In this document: in pieces, positions 37,538 through 47,300 of the stretch
How positions within the stretch are numbered: the first letter of the stretch is position 1
Layout of the letters: every line of letters starts with the position of its first letter
Assembly (NCBI RefSeq): GCF_030530965.1
Contig: NZ_JAUMTY010000004.1
Coordinates: 12,057-76,056 of the forward strand
DNA from: Corynebacterium sp.
GTDB taxonomy: Bacteria; Actinomycetota; Actinomycetes; Mycobacteriales; Mycobacteriaceae
Length of the DNA stretch: 64,000 nt
Direction of reading: 5' to 3'
Position numbers and translations under genes: made by a program
Notes under the pieces: generated by a model
What the model saw: only the letters and a program-made list of their open reading frames with translations
Database searches by the model: none
What the model was told of the DNA's origin: nothing

Positions 37538-39670
37538 ATGGGAAGGAGAAGGATGGCCTCTTTTCGTGGCCCCCGCGGTGGGGCAGGGAATCGCCTTAAC
37601 CTCTCACTCGAGGAACTCGATTCCGACCAATACGAAGCGGCAACAGCCCCACGAGGCCCCCTCGCCATCATCGCCGGAGCAGGGACGGGCAAAACGCGCA
37701 CGATCACCCATCGCATTGCCTACCTGATCAACCAAGGGTTTGTTACTCCACAACAAGTTCACGCCGTCACCTTCACCACCAAAGCCGCCGAAGAAATGAG
37801 AGAGCGCCTCCGCATCATGGGGGCAGGCGCAGTCCAAGCACGAACATTCCACGCCGCAGCCCGCAAACAGCTCTCCTACTTCTGGCCACGAATAGCCGGC
37901 GACCTGCCGTGGCGAATCCTTGACGACAAATTCCGCATGGTGTCCAGGGCGCTCCGCCACACCGGAATCAAAGCCGGGAAAGACACCATCCGCGACGTCA
38001 TCGGCGAAATCGAATGGTCCAAAGCCAGGCTGATCTCCGCCGCCGACTACGAAAAACGCGTCGAACAACTCCACCGCGAACCCCCCATTTCGGCAGACAA
38101 AGTTGCCGACGCATACCGCGTCTACGAAGACATCAAAGCGACACCCGACGGTGTCTTTCTCGATTTCGACGACCTCCTGCTCTACGTCGCCGGCGCCATG
38201 GAAAACCTGCCGGAAGTCGCAGAAGAATTCCGCGCACGCTACCGAAGCTTCGTGGTCGACGAGTTCCAGGACGTCACGCCCCTGCAACAACGCGTGTTAG
38301 ACGGGTGGTTAGGAGACCGCGACGATATCACCGTCGTCGGAGACGCAAACCAAACGATCTACTCGTTCACTGGTGCGGATCCGTCGTTCCTCCTTCGGTT
38401 CCCTCGACGCTTCGAGAACGCCACCGTCGTCCGGTTGCAGCGCGATTACCGCTCCACGCCGCAAGTCGTCGGGCTGGCTAATAAAGTCATTTCCCAGTCA
38501 CGCGACGAGGTGTCGACGGCTGACTTCACGCTCGAAGGGCAGCGCCCCGCCGGCCCGGAACCAGTATTCGAAGAATTCGACGACGAATCCCTGGAAGCCG
38601 CCGTCGTGGCGCGCAGGATTCGGCGGCTCATCGATTCCGGTGTTCCGCCGTCGGAAATAGCGATACTGTTCCGCCTCAATGCGCAGTCGGAGAAGTTTGA
38701 GCACGCCCTGGACGAGGCCAACATTCCGCACCATGTCCGCGGGGGAAAGAGCTTCTTTGACCGCGCTGAGATCACTGGGTCGTTGGCGGCATTAGAGCGG
38801 CTGGCCAGTGCACAGATGGAGTCGGGGACCATCCACACCGGCGACGAGCTTATTTCTGACATCAAGGCCGTCTTGGCTCGGCAGGGATTGTCCACGCGAG
38901 CCCCGGCGGGCGAACGAGCACGTGAGAGGTGGGAATCGTTATCCTCCCTCTACCACCTGATTGTGGATATCGTTCACGCCTCGCCCGGCGCGGATATGCC
39001 CGCCGTGATGAGCATCCTCCGCGAACGTGCCCAATCGAACCGGCCCCCAGCAGGGGCAGAAGGCGTCACCTTGGCGACGATTCACGCCGCCAAAGGCCTG
39101 GAATGGGACGCCGTCTTTGTCGTTGGCCTCGTGGAGGGAACACTGCCCATTCGACAAGCTATCGCGCTGGGTTCGTCGGCGATCGAAGAAGAACGTCGGC
39201 TGCTGTACGTGGCGGTGACCCGTGCGCGTGAGCATCTGCAACTGAGCTGGTCACTGGCCCGCGAGTCCGGGGGTCGGGCGTCCCGGAAACGCACGCGGTT
39301 CCTCGACGGCATCGCGCCGACGTCGAAGAGTACGGCTGACCGCCCGCGGAAAGGAAAGCGCAGCTCACGGCTGTGTTCGGAGTGTGGGGCCACGTTACAA
39401 ACCCCGGCCGAGAAGGTGATGGGGCATTGCGCCAAATGTGGCGGTGACGTTGATGCCGAGCTGGTTGACGCTCTGCAGCGCTGGAGGTCGCGGCGGGCGC
39501 ACCAGCAGGGAACACCCAGCTACACGGTGTTTAGCAACGCCACCATGATGGCCATTGCTGAGCAGCAACCATCCACCGCGGAAGAACTCCTGGACATCAG
39601 CGGTATTGGCCCCGCGAAACTGGAACTCTACGGGGACGATATTCTCCGCATCGTTGCTGAATCAACGTAA
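37538..39670 (+). CDS. uvrD2: ATP-dependent DNA helicase UvrD2 (UvrD core, tetracysteine module, HRDC)
   Basis: GAGTGKTRT. CSECG...CAKCG. C-terminal HRDC-like. Position after adnAB and K channel as in mycobacteria. Confidence 0.85.
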   Translation: MGRRRMASFRGPRGGAGNRLNLSLEELDSDQYEAATAPRGPLAIIAGAGTGKTRTITHRIAYLINQGFVTPQQVHAVTFTTKAAEEMRERLRIMGAGAVQARTFHAAARKQLSYFWPRIAGDLPWRILDDKFRMVSRALRHTGIKAGKDTIRDVIGEIEWSKARLISAADYEKRVEQLHREPPISADKVADAYRVYEDIKATPDGVFLDFDDLLLYVAGAMENLPEVAEEFRARYRSFVVDEFQDVTPLQQRVLDGWLGDRDDITVVGDANQTIYSFTGADPSFLLRFPRRFENATVVRLQRDYRSTPQVVGLANKVISQSRDEVSTADFTLEGQRPAGPEPVFEEFDDESLEAAVVARRIRRLIDSGVPPSEIAILFRLNAQSEKFEHALDEANIPHHVRGGKSFFDRAEITGSLAALERLASAQMESGTIHTGDELISDIKAVLARQGLSTRAPAGERARERWESLSSLYHLIVDIVHASPGADMPAVMSILRERAQSNRPPAGAEGVTLATIHAAKGLEWDAVFVVGLVEGTLPIRQAIALGSSAIEEERRLLYVAVTRAREHLQLSWSLARESGGRASRKRTRFLDGIAPTSKSTADRPRKGKRSSRLCSECGATLQTPAEKVMGHCAKCGGDVDAELVDALQRWRSRRAHQQGTPSYTVFSNATMMAIAEQQPSTAEELLDISGIGPAKLELYGDDILRIVAEST

Positions 39671-39722
39671 GGCGGAGGATCGGCGTAACCAGCCGGTCGC
39701 AATGTCAGTTTCACTGCGCTTG

Positions 39723-40670
39723 TTATTGCCACCGCGGACCGATAATGCCACACACAGGGCAATGAGGGTCCCTGGCAATCGGCGACCTCACGACCTCCAT
39801 TGTCCGAGGATTCATACTTACCGACGCGCCCACCGTCGGCGGGGCCGGGAGAGACGGAACAGCAAGCCAGTCGTTAAACGCCGACCATTGCGCCGCGATG
39901 ATCCCGCGGGCGACAGTGACCATCTCATGCGTGAGCGTCAGTGTGTCAGTACGGCGGCCAGAGATCGCCTCGTCGACCAGGTCAGGAGATACCGTCACCA
40001 TATGCATGCACAGTGGGCACCCGGTGACATCACCCGCTGGATGCGCAGGCGACCCGGTCATAGCAGGGCCGATCCTGAGCGCACCATCGCGAACGGTTAC
40101 GAATAAATACGGCTCATTGACGGCGGCGAGCAGGCCAGGGGAGGGCGTTGCCACCGCAACGATGCTCGCCCAAGGGGCACTGCGTTCCGAGTTCCCTGGC
40201 TCGGACGGCTCATCCGGCTTAGGCAAGCCGGGCGAGCCCATGTGGGACGCCAGAATCCCGTCGGAAGTTTCAACAATAATGGGCGAAAGCACGGACTGAC
40301 CAGGAAATATATCGCCAAGAACATGAGACAATGGCTCCACGGCAATGATCCTGTGCGGGGGAGTGAGGCTCGTTCTGCTTTGCCCGGGCCGGACACTCCC
40401 GGCGACAAGCAAAGGAGTGCGCAAAAGTTCGTCGATAAGTGTGAGCGCGAAAGATCGGGATACCGCCTGCTCGATTCTGCTGATTATTGCTGAGGTTGGC
40501 TGTGGGGATGAACAAGTGAGGAGTGCTCGGGCGACGCGCTGGGCGGTGGGTCGGTCGGCCATAGGAATCACGACCGAGGTGGAGGTGTCCGCACCGATGC
40601 GCAGCCACCCGTCAGGGCGAACAAACACGCGGGTTCCGGATGATAAACAGATAGTGTGTGGCCACCTCAC
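39723..40670 (-). CDS. hypothetical protein with two CxxC motifs (CPLC, CPVCG), no family recognised
   Basis: Coherent 315-aa ORF. Plus-strand ORFs over it are Arg-rich junk. Confidence 0.5.
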   Translation of the reverse strand: MRWPHTICLSSGTRVFVRPDGWLRIGADTSTSVVIPMADRPTAQRVARALLTCSSPQPTSAIISRIEQAVSRSFALTLIDELLRTPLLVAGSVRPGQSRTSLTPPHRIIAVEPLSHVLGDIFPGQSVLSPIIVETSDGILASHMGSPGLPKPDEPSEPGNSERSAPWASIVAVATPSPGLLAAVNEPYLFVTVRDGALRIGPAMTGSPAHPAGDVTGCPLCMHMVTVSPDLVDEAISGRRTDTLTLTHEMVTVARGIIAAQWSAFNDWLAVPSLPAPPTVGASVSMNPRTMEVVRSPIARDPHCPVCGIIGPRWQ

Positions 40671-40786
40671 GGTGCTCCCCCTCGGCTTGTGAACTATTCA
40701 TTCGTGTGAATTCCCCCGGCTGCGCTCCAGCACAGCGCTATGTGTAGTGTACCGGCAGCCCTCCGACCACACTGTAGAGTGAAACT

Positions 40787-41341
40787 ATGCCCCACAGAGT
40801 CAAGCGAGACGTCGCTGCGGTCGTGGAGGACTTTGCGCCAGAGGTGGAAATTCGCCTGTCGTCGCGGAGGAAGAAAACATTGTCCGCCCGCCGTGAGTCC
40901 GGCCGGATCGTCGTCATGGCACCGGCGCGGATGTCGGCTGCATCGTTGCGTGATTCTGTGGAGTCGCTCGTCCGCCGGGTGGAGAAGAAGTCCTCCGTCG
41001 CGGATAAGTCGGATGAGGATCTGTACCGCCGGGCCCGTCGTTTGAATGCGAAGTATTTGGAGAACCGCGCGGAGTGGACGGATATCCGGTGGGTGACCAA
41101 TATGGAGCGCCGCTGGGCGTCATGTTCCACGGATACGGGGCGGATTCGGATTAGTCATTATCTGAAGGACGTTCCCGATTACGTCCTTGACCAGGTTATT
41201 GTTCACGAGCTGGTGCACACGTTCATTCCGAACCATTCGGCGGAGTTCTGGGCGTGGGCGCATCGCGTGGATTATTGGGAGCGTGCCGACGGCTACTTGG
41301 AGGCTTACCAGCGGTGGGGCCGTGGAGCCGGTCAGTCTTAG
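40787..41341 (+). CDS. YgjP/DUF45 (M48-like) metal-dependent hydrolase
   Basis: HELVHTFIPNHSAEFW motif near C-terminus. Confidence 0.65.
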   Translation: MPHRVKRDVAAVVEDFAPEVEIRLSSRRKKTLSARRESGRIVVMAPARMSAASLRDSVESLVRRVEKKSSVADKSDEDLYRRARRLNAKYLENRAEWTDIRWVTNMERRWASCSTDTGRIRISHYLKDVPDYVLDQVIVHELVHTFIPNHSAEFWAWAHRVDYWERADGYLEAYQRWGRGAGQS

Positions 41342-41432
41342 TACCAGCCCTAGTATTACCGACGACGGTCCGCGCCGTTTTATTACCGACGACGTCCCAC
41401 GCCTAGTTATCCGCGCCCGGTTGAACGTCGAC

Positions 41433-43238
41433 CTAAGCTGTGCGTCCGGTGTGGCGTCGGGCACTAAGCCCCGTCATGATCATTTGTGTGGCCAGAATAG
41501 CGCCGACACCTTCACCGCATCGGAACCGAAGAGCGAGCAGAGGCTCCAACCCCAAGTGCGTAATGACGGTGCGATGCGCGATCTCGCGGCTCACATGGCC
41601 CGCGACCAGGTGTGATTGAACCGCGGGATTAATCTGCACCGCAGCCAACGCGGCCACAGAAATGGCGAGTCCATCGAGGACGACGACATGGTGATTATCC
41701 AATGCACCCAAGCACAGCCCGGTCGTGACCGCGAACTCGGGCCCACCGAACTCGGCAAGAGCATCAATGGGAGAGGATGGGTGAACGCGTGACAGGGCCT
41801 GCCGGGCCACCTCACGTTTCCGATCCATCATGGCGGTATCGGAGTGGGCACCAATACCGACGGCATCCTCCACATCAAGCCCGGTGAAATGCGCTGCCAA
41901 AATGGAGGCGGGAGTGGTGTTGCCGATCCCAACCTCGCCGACCGCAAACAACGTCGGTTCAGTGAATTCGCCGGCGAGTTTCCATCCATAGTCAATCAAC
42001 GCGCGGGTATCCGCGAGGGATAAGGCCGGAGTCGTAGCGATATCCCCGCGATCATCATGAGCGTGGACATAACGAATAGCGTGGGCAGAATCGTCGCGGT
42101 CCTCGCGAGCCTTACGGTCACTTTGGCCCTCACGCCCCGAATCACCGTCAGCCCCCGCGTCGATAAGAAGTGACGGTATTCCCGCCCCCGCGGCCGTCGT
42201 CACACCGAGGCTCTCACCGACCACTGACGCATCCATAATTTCCCGCGTGACGGACGGCGAAAACGACGAGACCCCATGTTCTGTCACGGGATGGTCAGCC
42301 CCAATAAGAATGTGCTGAGCCGTGTGAATATCACCAACCGCGGCGACTTTATCCATAGTTGTATCCAGGATCCCCAGCGAACCGGGCGGAGTCAGCAGCT
42401 GGTCGGAAGAATCGTGAGCTGCGACAACATGAGCCTGGTCCGGCATGTGACCATCACCGGGAGTCGCGATCGCGTTCGCCGGCGACGCAGCCCCCTCACG
42501 CCAGCCATTCCGCATAATGAGGTTCTCAACGGGAAGTTTCTTGGACCACGCACGCCGCTCGAGCCCAGGCGAAGGCGGGCGCTCGTCGGGCCACCCCAAG
42601 CACATCCACCCCAGCGTTTCAACGCCCTCGGGCAGATGCAGCAGTTCGGCCAGGTCATCGGGGCGGAATAACGTCACCCACCCCATACCGAGCCCGTAGG
42701 CCCGCGCCGTCAGCCACATGTTCTCGATGGCCGTCGCACAACTCCACAGGTCGGTATCAATAAAAGTGTTACGCCCCAAAACCCCGGAGGCAGGGGTCCG
42801 TCGATCACAGGCCACCACAATTCCCAGCGGTGCTTCCTTAATCCCGTCGAGTTGCAGGTCAAGCAGCCGCTGTTTTCTATCGGGTGTCAGCAGTTCGGCT
42901 TGTTTGAGCTTTTCGACGTCAGCCAGCATGGCTGCTTTATCCCGCAGAGCTGGATCATCGACGATGATGAACCGCCACGGCTGGCTATGCCCAACGCTAG
43001 GTGCAGCGTGACCAGCGTCGATGATAGTTCGCACAAGATGCTCAGGCACCCGTTCAGGGCGGTAGCGACGTATATCGCGCCGGGCCCCGATCACGCGATC
43101 CAATGCAGCACGCACGTCGTCTGGCAACGCCCATCCGTCGGGCTTTTCAGCGCGCTCGGCGGCTGAGGTTGTATCGCCTATGACGGGTGTTGGGCGTTCC
43201 CATCGACGGTCCGTATTCATGTGCTGCGTGTCTTCCAC
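41433..43238 (-). CDS. bluB/cobT2: BluB/CobT fusion: 5,6-dimethylbenzimidazole synthase fused to nicotinate-nucleotide-DMB phosphoribosyltransferase
   Basis: N-terminal nitroreductase-like BluB region (RRDIRRYRPERVP...SQPWRFIIV). C-terminal CobT region (GEVGIGNTT, RFRCGEGVGA). Confidence 0.8.
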   Translation of the reverse strand: MEDTQHMNTDRRWERPTPVIGDTTSAAERAEKPDGWALPDDVRAALDRVIGARRDIRRYRPERVPEHLVRTIIDAGHAAPSVGHSQPWRFIIVDDPALRDKAAMLADVEKLKQAELLTPDRKQRLLDLQLDGIKEAPLGIVVACDRRTPASGVLGRNTFIDTDLWSCATAIENMWLTARAYGLGMGWVTLFRPDDLAELLHLPEGVETLGWMCLGWPDERPPSPGLERRAWSKKLPVENLIMRNGWREGAASPANAIATPGDGHMPDQAHVVAAHDSSDQLLTPPGSLGILDTTMDKVAAVGDIHTAQHILIGADHPVTEHGVSSFSPSVTREIMDASVVGESLGVTTAAGAGIPSLLIDAGADGDSGREGQSDRKAREDRDDSAHAIRYVHAHDDRGDIATTPALSLADTRALIDYGWKLAGEFTEPTLFAVGEVGIGNTTPASILAAHFTGLDVEDAVGIGAHSDTAMMDRKREVARQALSRVHPSSPIDALAEFGGPEFAVTTGLCLGALDNHHVVVLDGLAISVAALAAVQINPAVQSHLVAGHVSREIAHRTVITHLGLEPLLALRFRCGEGVGAILATQMIMTGLSARRHTGRTA

Positions 43239-43286
43239 TGTGAATGTCTAGTGCGAATAATCAGTGCGTATATCTAGTGCGAGTGA

Positions 43287-44957
43287 CTATTTCTCGTCGC
43301 CGGAGCCATCCTTGCCGGACCCATCGTCACTGGCCCCGTCGGCGTCGGCCCCGTGATCGCCCGCGTCGTTACTAGACCCGCTGCCGGACCCATCTCCGCG
43401 TGCATCACTACCAGCCGCATTACCGGACTGCTCATTGAGCTCGCGCTCGAGCTTCTCAATTTCGCTAATGGGGTTGAACTCGTCGTCGTCCGATTCGCCC
43501 AGGATACCGTCGATAAACTCGGCCGGGTGAGCGATATCGTCAGCCGTCGGAAGGAAGTCGGGGTGGTCCCACACGTGGTCACGTCGATCCATACCCACCG
43601 CAACAGTGAGCCGCCGCCACAGTTCGGCCGCTTCGTCGGCGTGGCTAGCAGAGAAGTCCAGCCCAGTGTTCCCCGCCATGTTCTCCAGCCCCGGCTTCAT
43701 CGCGCGTCGCGCTGACCAGGACTTTTGGATCGACTCCATCACCGGAATGCGGTCGAAGAGCGCGTCGGCAAGAACATTGTCCACCCAGCCCTCGACGAGG
43801 GACAACATGGTGTCCAACTGGATACCCGCGTGCTCGTTCGACGCAACAATCTGCGGCGAAAGATCCATATTCTGAATCTGCTGGAACATGTCCTGCATCC
43901 GCGCCGGGTCCGAAAGCGCCTCGGGGTCAATGGACCGTGAGGCTTCTTCCATTGCCGACGTATCCAGCGACAGTCCACGCGAATACGTTTCGACGGCCAG
44001 AAGCAGCCGCTCCTCGAGCCACGGAACGTACGCGAAGAGTCGCTGGTGGGCTAGTTCGCGGGCGCAGAGGTAAATAAGAACCTCACGCTTGGGCTTGTTA
44101 AATTCCTCGGCAAGAGTGTCCAGCTGGCCGGTGAGTAGAGCACTGCCATGTTTTTCGTCCAGGGAGAATCCCCACTCGGACACGCTCGTGACAGAGGTGG
44201 CGATATCGCCCAGGATGCGCCCCAGCTGCATCCCCATATTCATGCCGCCGACCTGGGCTAACATGCCAAGCAGCGAACCAGCCATCTGCTTCGCCTCTTC
44301 GGGGAGAGCGTCCTTCTGCGCCTCATTCAGGCTCTCTGCTACCGGACTAATAAAGCGTTTCCACGTGGGAAGCGTCCGGGATAACCATTCCGACGGATCC
44401 CACACTTCAGGGACCTTCCCGTTGCTCGGCAAAATCGTCGCATTGCTCAGCCACAATTCGACCAGGCTGGTGGAGTCCTCGACAGCTTTCTGATCAGACT
44501 GCCGGACAGGCGTCGGGTTGGATTGCTTAATGGTCTGGCGAGCAATCTTATCGGCCATCGCGAAATTGATGGGGCCCTTGGCATCGGGAGAGTTCATCGA
44601 CGAACCCATCCCCGACAGCATCGTCCCGAACTGGCTAAGAATGTCACCTAAACCGCCCTGACCAGAGGATCCGCTCACGGCGAAACCACCGGGGAAGGCG
44701 CTAAAACCGGGTATATCGCCACCCGATCCGCCGCCCATATTGAAGAAAGCCTCAAAGGGGTTACCGCTGCCGCCAGGGGAGCCACCGTCATTGCCACTAT
44801 CGCCGCGGTTGCTATCCCCGCGGCCATTGTTTCCGCTAGGGGAATTACCCTGGCCGCTATCGCCGTTCTGGCTATTGTTGTTCTGGTCGTCGTTTCTGTC
44901 GTTACGGTCGTTATTGTCGTCGTTGTTCGAAGAAAAACCGAAGCCGTGGTTACTCAT
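43287..44957 (-). CDS. zincin-like (DUF2342-like) putative hydrolase with Asn/Asp/Gly-rich N-terminal low-complexity region
   Basis: Family call is from overall resemblance only. Motif region reads CARELAHQ rather than clean HExxH. Start uncertain (ORF open to 45143). Confidence 0.45.
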   Translation of the reverse strand: MSNHGFGFSSNNDDNNDRNDRNDDQNNNSQNGDSGQGNSPSGNNGRGDSNRGDSGNDGGSPGGSGNPFEAFFNMGGGSGGDIPGFSAFPGGFAVSGSSGQGGLGDILSQFGTMLSGMGSSMNSPDAKGPINFAMADKIARQTIKQSNPTPVRQSDQKAVEDSTSLVELWLSNATILPSNGKVPEVWDPSEWLSRTLPTWKRFISPVAESLNEAQKDALPEEAKQMAGSLLGMLAQVGGMNMGMQLGRILGDIATSVTSVSEWGFSLDEKHGSALLTGQLDTLAEEFNKPKREVLIYLCARELAHQRLFAYVPWLEERLLLAVETYSRGLSLDTSAMEEASRSIDPEALSDPARMQDMFQQIQNMDLSPQIVASNEHAGIQLDTMLSLVEGWVDNVLADALFDRIPVMESIQKSWSARRAMKPGLENMAGNTGLDFSASHADEAAELWRRLTVAVGMDRRDHVWDHPDFLPTADDIAHPAEFIDGILGESDDDEFNPISEIEKLERELNEQSGNAAGSDARGDGSGSGSSNDAGDHGADADGASDDGSGKDGSGDEK

Positions 44958-45021
44958 ACCCTCTACGGTACCGGCTCTGGAAAGCATCTCTCCACATGCT
45001 ATTAGCGAACGGCCCTCGTCG

Positions 45022-46095
45022 GTGCTGGTGCGGCATCCGGTACGCTTGATCGCTGTGAGTCTGCGCAACAAGACAATTATTCTCGGTGCAATTCCCGTGG
45101 TTGCGTCTGCTGTTGCACTGAGTTTGACGGAAATTCCCGGCACCTCGGTTGACCTTTCTGTGCCCTATGCTGCAGAAGGTCCCGGCCCGACGTTTAACAC
45201 GCTGGGCACAACGGGCGGCAAGAATGTCGTCGACATTTCGGGAACAAAGACCTATCCGACGTCGGGCCACTTGAATATGACCACGGTGTCGGTTCGTCAT
45301 GGGATGTCGCTGCCCCAGGCGATCACGCGATGGGCGACGACGAATGACACATTGGTTCCGATTGAGCAGATTTTCCCCGCCAATCAGTCGCCGGAGGAAG
45401 TGAATAAGGAGAATCAGGCCGCGTTTGCGTCGTCGGAAAATAATGCGACGTCCGCGGCGATGAAGTACCTTCATCGGCCGATGGCGGTCACGGTGATGTC
45501 TCAGCCCGAGGGGTCCGACGAGATCCGCAAAGGCGACATCATTGAGGGGATCGACGGTCAGAAGATTGCGCAGCCGCAGGACCTGGTCAAGGCCGTGCGC
45601 AGCCACAAGGTGGGGGATCGGGTCACTCTTCAGGTGCAGCGCGATGGCAAATCTCAGGATGTCTCCGTTCCCGTGCGGCAAGGGGAGTCCGATGACGCTC
45701 CGATTCTGGGGATCACCATCAAACAAGAGCCTGCCGACGGGACGACGATCGACTATCACCTCGACGACATTGGTGGCCCGTCAGCGGGACTGATGTTTAC
45801 GTTGGCCGTCGTCGACAAGTTGACTCCCGAGGACCTCACCGACGGGAAATTCATCGCGGGAACGGGAACCATCGACGCTGATGGGGACGTCGGACCGATT
45901 GGTGGAGTCTCCCACAAGATCGACGCCGCGAAGAAGGCGGGGGCGACGATGTTCATGACTCCGTCCGACAACTGTGCGGAGGCAATGTCGGGCGACCATG
46001 ATGGCGTTGTTCTGGCGAAGGTCAATAACCTTTCCGACGCAGTGACCGCGTTGAAAGAGGTCAAAGCCGGCAAGAAGCCGACGACCTGTTCCTAA
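45022..46095 (+). CDS. PDZ-containing Lon-like S16 serine protease (YlbL/Rv3194c-like)
   Basis: N-terminal TM, PDZ, C-terminal GPSAGLMFTLAVVDKLT...KIDAAKKAGATMF Ser-Lys dyad. GTG start. Track ORF upstream part is antisense to neighbour. Confidence 0.75.
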   Translation: MLVRHPVRLIAVSLRNKTIILGAIPVVASAVALSLTEIPGTSVDLSVPYAAEGPGPTFNTLGTTGGKNVVDISGTKTYPTSGHLNMTTVSVRHGMSLPQAITRWATTNDTLVPIEQIFPANQSPEEVNKENQAAFASSENNATSAAMKYLHRPMAVTVMSQPEGSDEIRKGDIIEGIDGQKIAQPQDLVKAVRSHKVGDRVTLQVQRDGKSQDVSVPVRQGESDDAPILGITIKQEPADGTTIDYHLDDIGGPSAGLMFTLAVVDKLTPEDLTDGKFIAGTGTIDADGDVGPIGGVSHKIDAAKKAGATMFMTPSDNCAEAMSGDHDGVVLAKVNNLSDAVTALKEVKAGKKPTTCS

Positions 46096-46226
46096 AAAGA
46101 TCTGTTCTTGAGTGGGGTAGTGGACGTAGCATCATGGTCATATAAGTCGAGGATCATGGTGGACGTCATGCGTGTTCGTCTTTGACTCCTCAATGAGTAC
46201 ACTTATATCGCCATAACTAAATCGGT

Positions 46227-46299
46227 CTAGTCCGACGTGTGTCGGGACCCGTGGTGGAACCCGCGCAGAACCCGTGCAGGAACCCGCGTGTCGGACTAG
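46227..46299. promoter_or_regulatory. 10-bp inverted repeat CTAGTCCGAC...GTCGGACTAG enclosing three to four tandem 11-12-bp repeats GGAACCCG(C/T)G(C/T)(A/G)
   Basis: Seen directly, 36-108 nt upstream of the GTG start of the ABC-like gene. Confidence 0.45.
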
Positions 46300-46334
46300 G
46301 CCGGGGTGCTCGGCGAACCACCAAAGGAGTCAAC

Positions 46335-47300
46335 GTGCGAGAACATCCATCTGACGGAAGCCAACCTATTAAAGGCGCCGGTAAGTCAGCCGCTACGGTG
46401 GCTCGAACACAGCGAACATCTCATAGCGACAACGACGTCGCCCCCGCTGTCATTGCCGACGATATCGCCCTGTCCGCCGCGGAGGGCCGCGTCTTCGGCC
46501 ACCTGAGTTTTACCGTTCCCGGTAGCGGATTGACTATTTTGTCCGGGCGAGGTGGCTCGGGCCGGACGTCCTTGGCCCTGAGCATCTCTGGCCGGATGAA
46601 ATTGGACGCTGGCTCCTTGACAGTGTTGGGTGAAACCAACCCCAACAAGATCAACAAGATGGTTGCCATTGCGGGGGTCGAGCAAATCGATGGTCTCGAC
46701 GGCGATGTCCGGCTCAAAACTGTGTTGACGGAGCATAAGAGCTGGTCAAACCCGTGGATCAAATGGACCAAGCGCTCCGATCAGAGTTACTACGAATCCT
46801 TGTGTGGCGAAGTCTTCGGCGACCGTGAGCTCCCGCCACTCGATTCCTATGTCGCCGAGCTGAACAGCTTGGATAACATCCTGATCCGCATTTCTCTCGC
46901 GCTGGCTCCGGCCAATTCGCACGAGATCAAGATGTTGGTGATGGATGATCTTGAGCAGGTTCGTGAGTACGATCTTCGCCTCATTCTTATCGACGTTCTC
47001 TCGCGCCTGGCTCAGCGTATGCCGGTCATTGTGAACACGGTGAACCCGATTCCCGACGAGCTCATGCCCGATTACACGCTCATTGAGCTGTTTAACACGG
47101 TTAACGACGATCCCGGCCCGATCGCTGAGGGGCTGCCTCCCGGAACTCGGAGCGCGGCGGAGTATCGCGCTGCCGGTGGGTCCACGGGGAATTCGTCGCA
47201 CGCCAGCGATAAAACACAACCAATGACGAAAATTGAAACAACAGATAACGAGATAACCACCAGCGCGTCAACCGCCGGATCCAATGAGGAGACAAAGTAA
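46335..47300 (+). CDS. ABC-ATPase-like protein with degenerate Walker A (GRGGSGRTS) and Walker B
   Basis: GTG at 46335 after AAGGAG. ABC fold order but K to R in P-loop and no clean hhhhDE. Confidence 0.6.
   Translation: MREHPSDGSQPIKGAGKSAATVARTQRTSHSDNDVAPAVIADDIALSAAEGRVFGHLSFTVPGSGLTILSGRGGSGRTSLALSISGRMKLDAGSLTVLGETNPNKINKMVAIAGVEQIDGLDGDVRLKTVLTEHKSWSNPWIKWTKRSDQSYYESLCGEVFGDRELPPLDSYVAELNSLDNILIRISLALAPANSHEIKMLVMDDLEQVREYDLRLILIDVLSRLAQRMPVIVNTVNPIPDELMPDYTLIELFNTVNDDPGPIAEGLPPGTRSAAEYRAAGGSTGNSSHASDKTQPMTKIETTDNEITTSASTAGSNEETK

Noticed and set aside
39555-40692. Plus-strand ORFs 39555-40106, 39898-40299, 40242-40493, 40345-40692
   Set aside because: Arg/His-rich junk, antisense to the CxxC protein gene.
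44740-45021. N-terminal 94 codons of the 451-aa Lon/PDZ ORF
   Set aside because: Pro/Leu/Ser repeats antisense to the N/D-rich metalloprotease N-terminus. The protease starts at GTG about 45022.
46239-46334. Track start of the ABC-like ORF
   Set aside because: Falls inside the IR/tandem-repeat element. AAGGAG-GTG at 46335 is the credible start.
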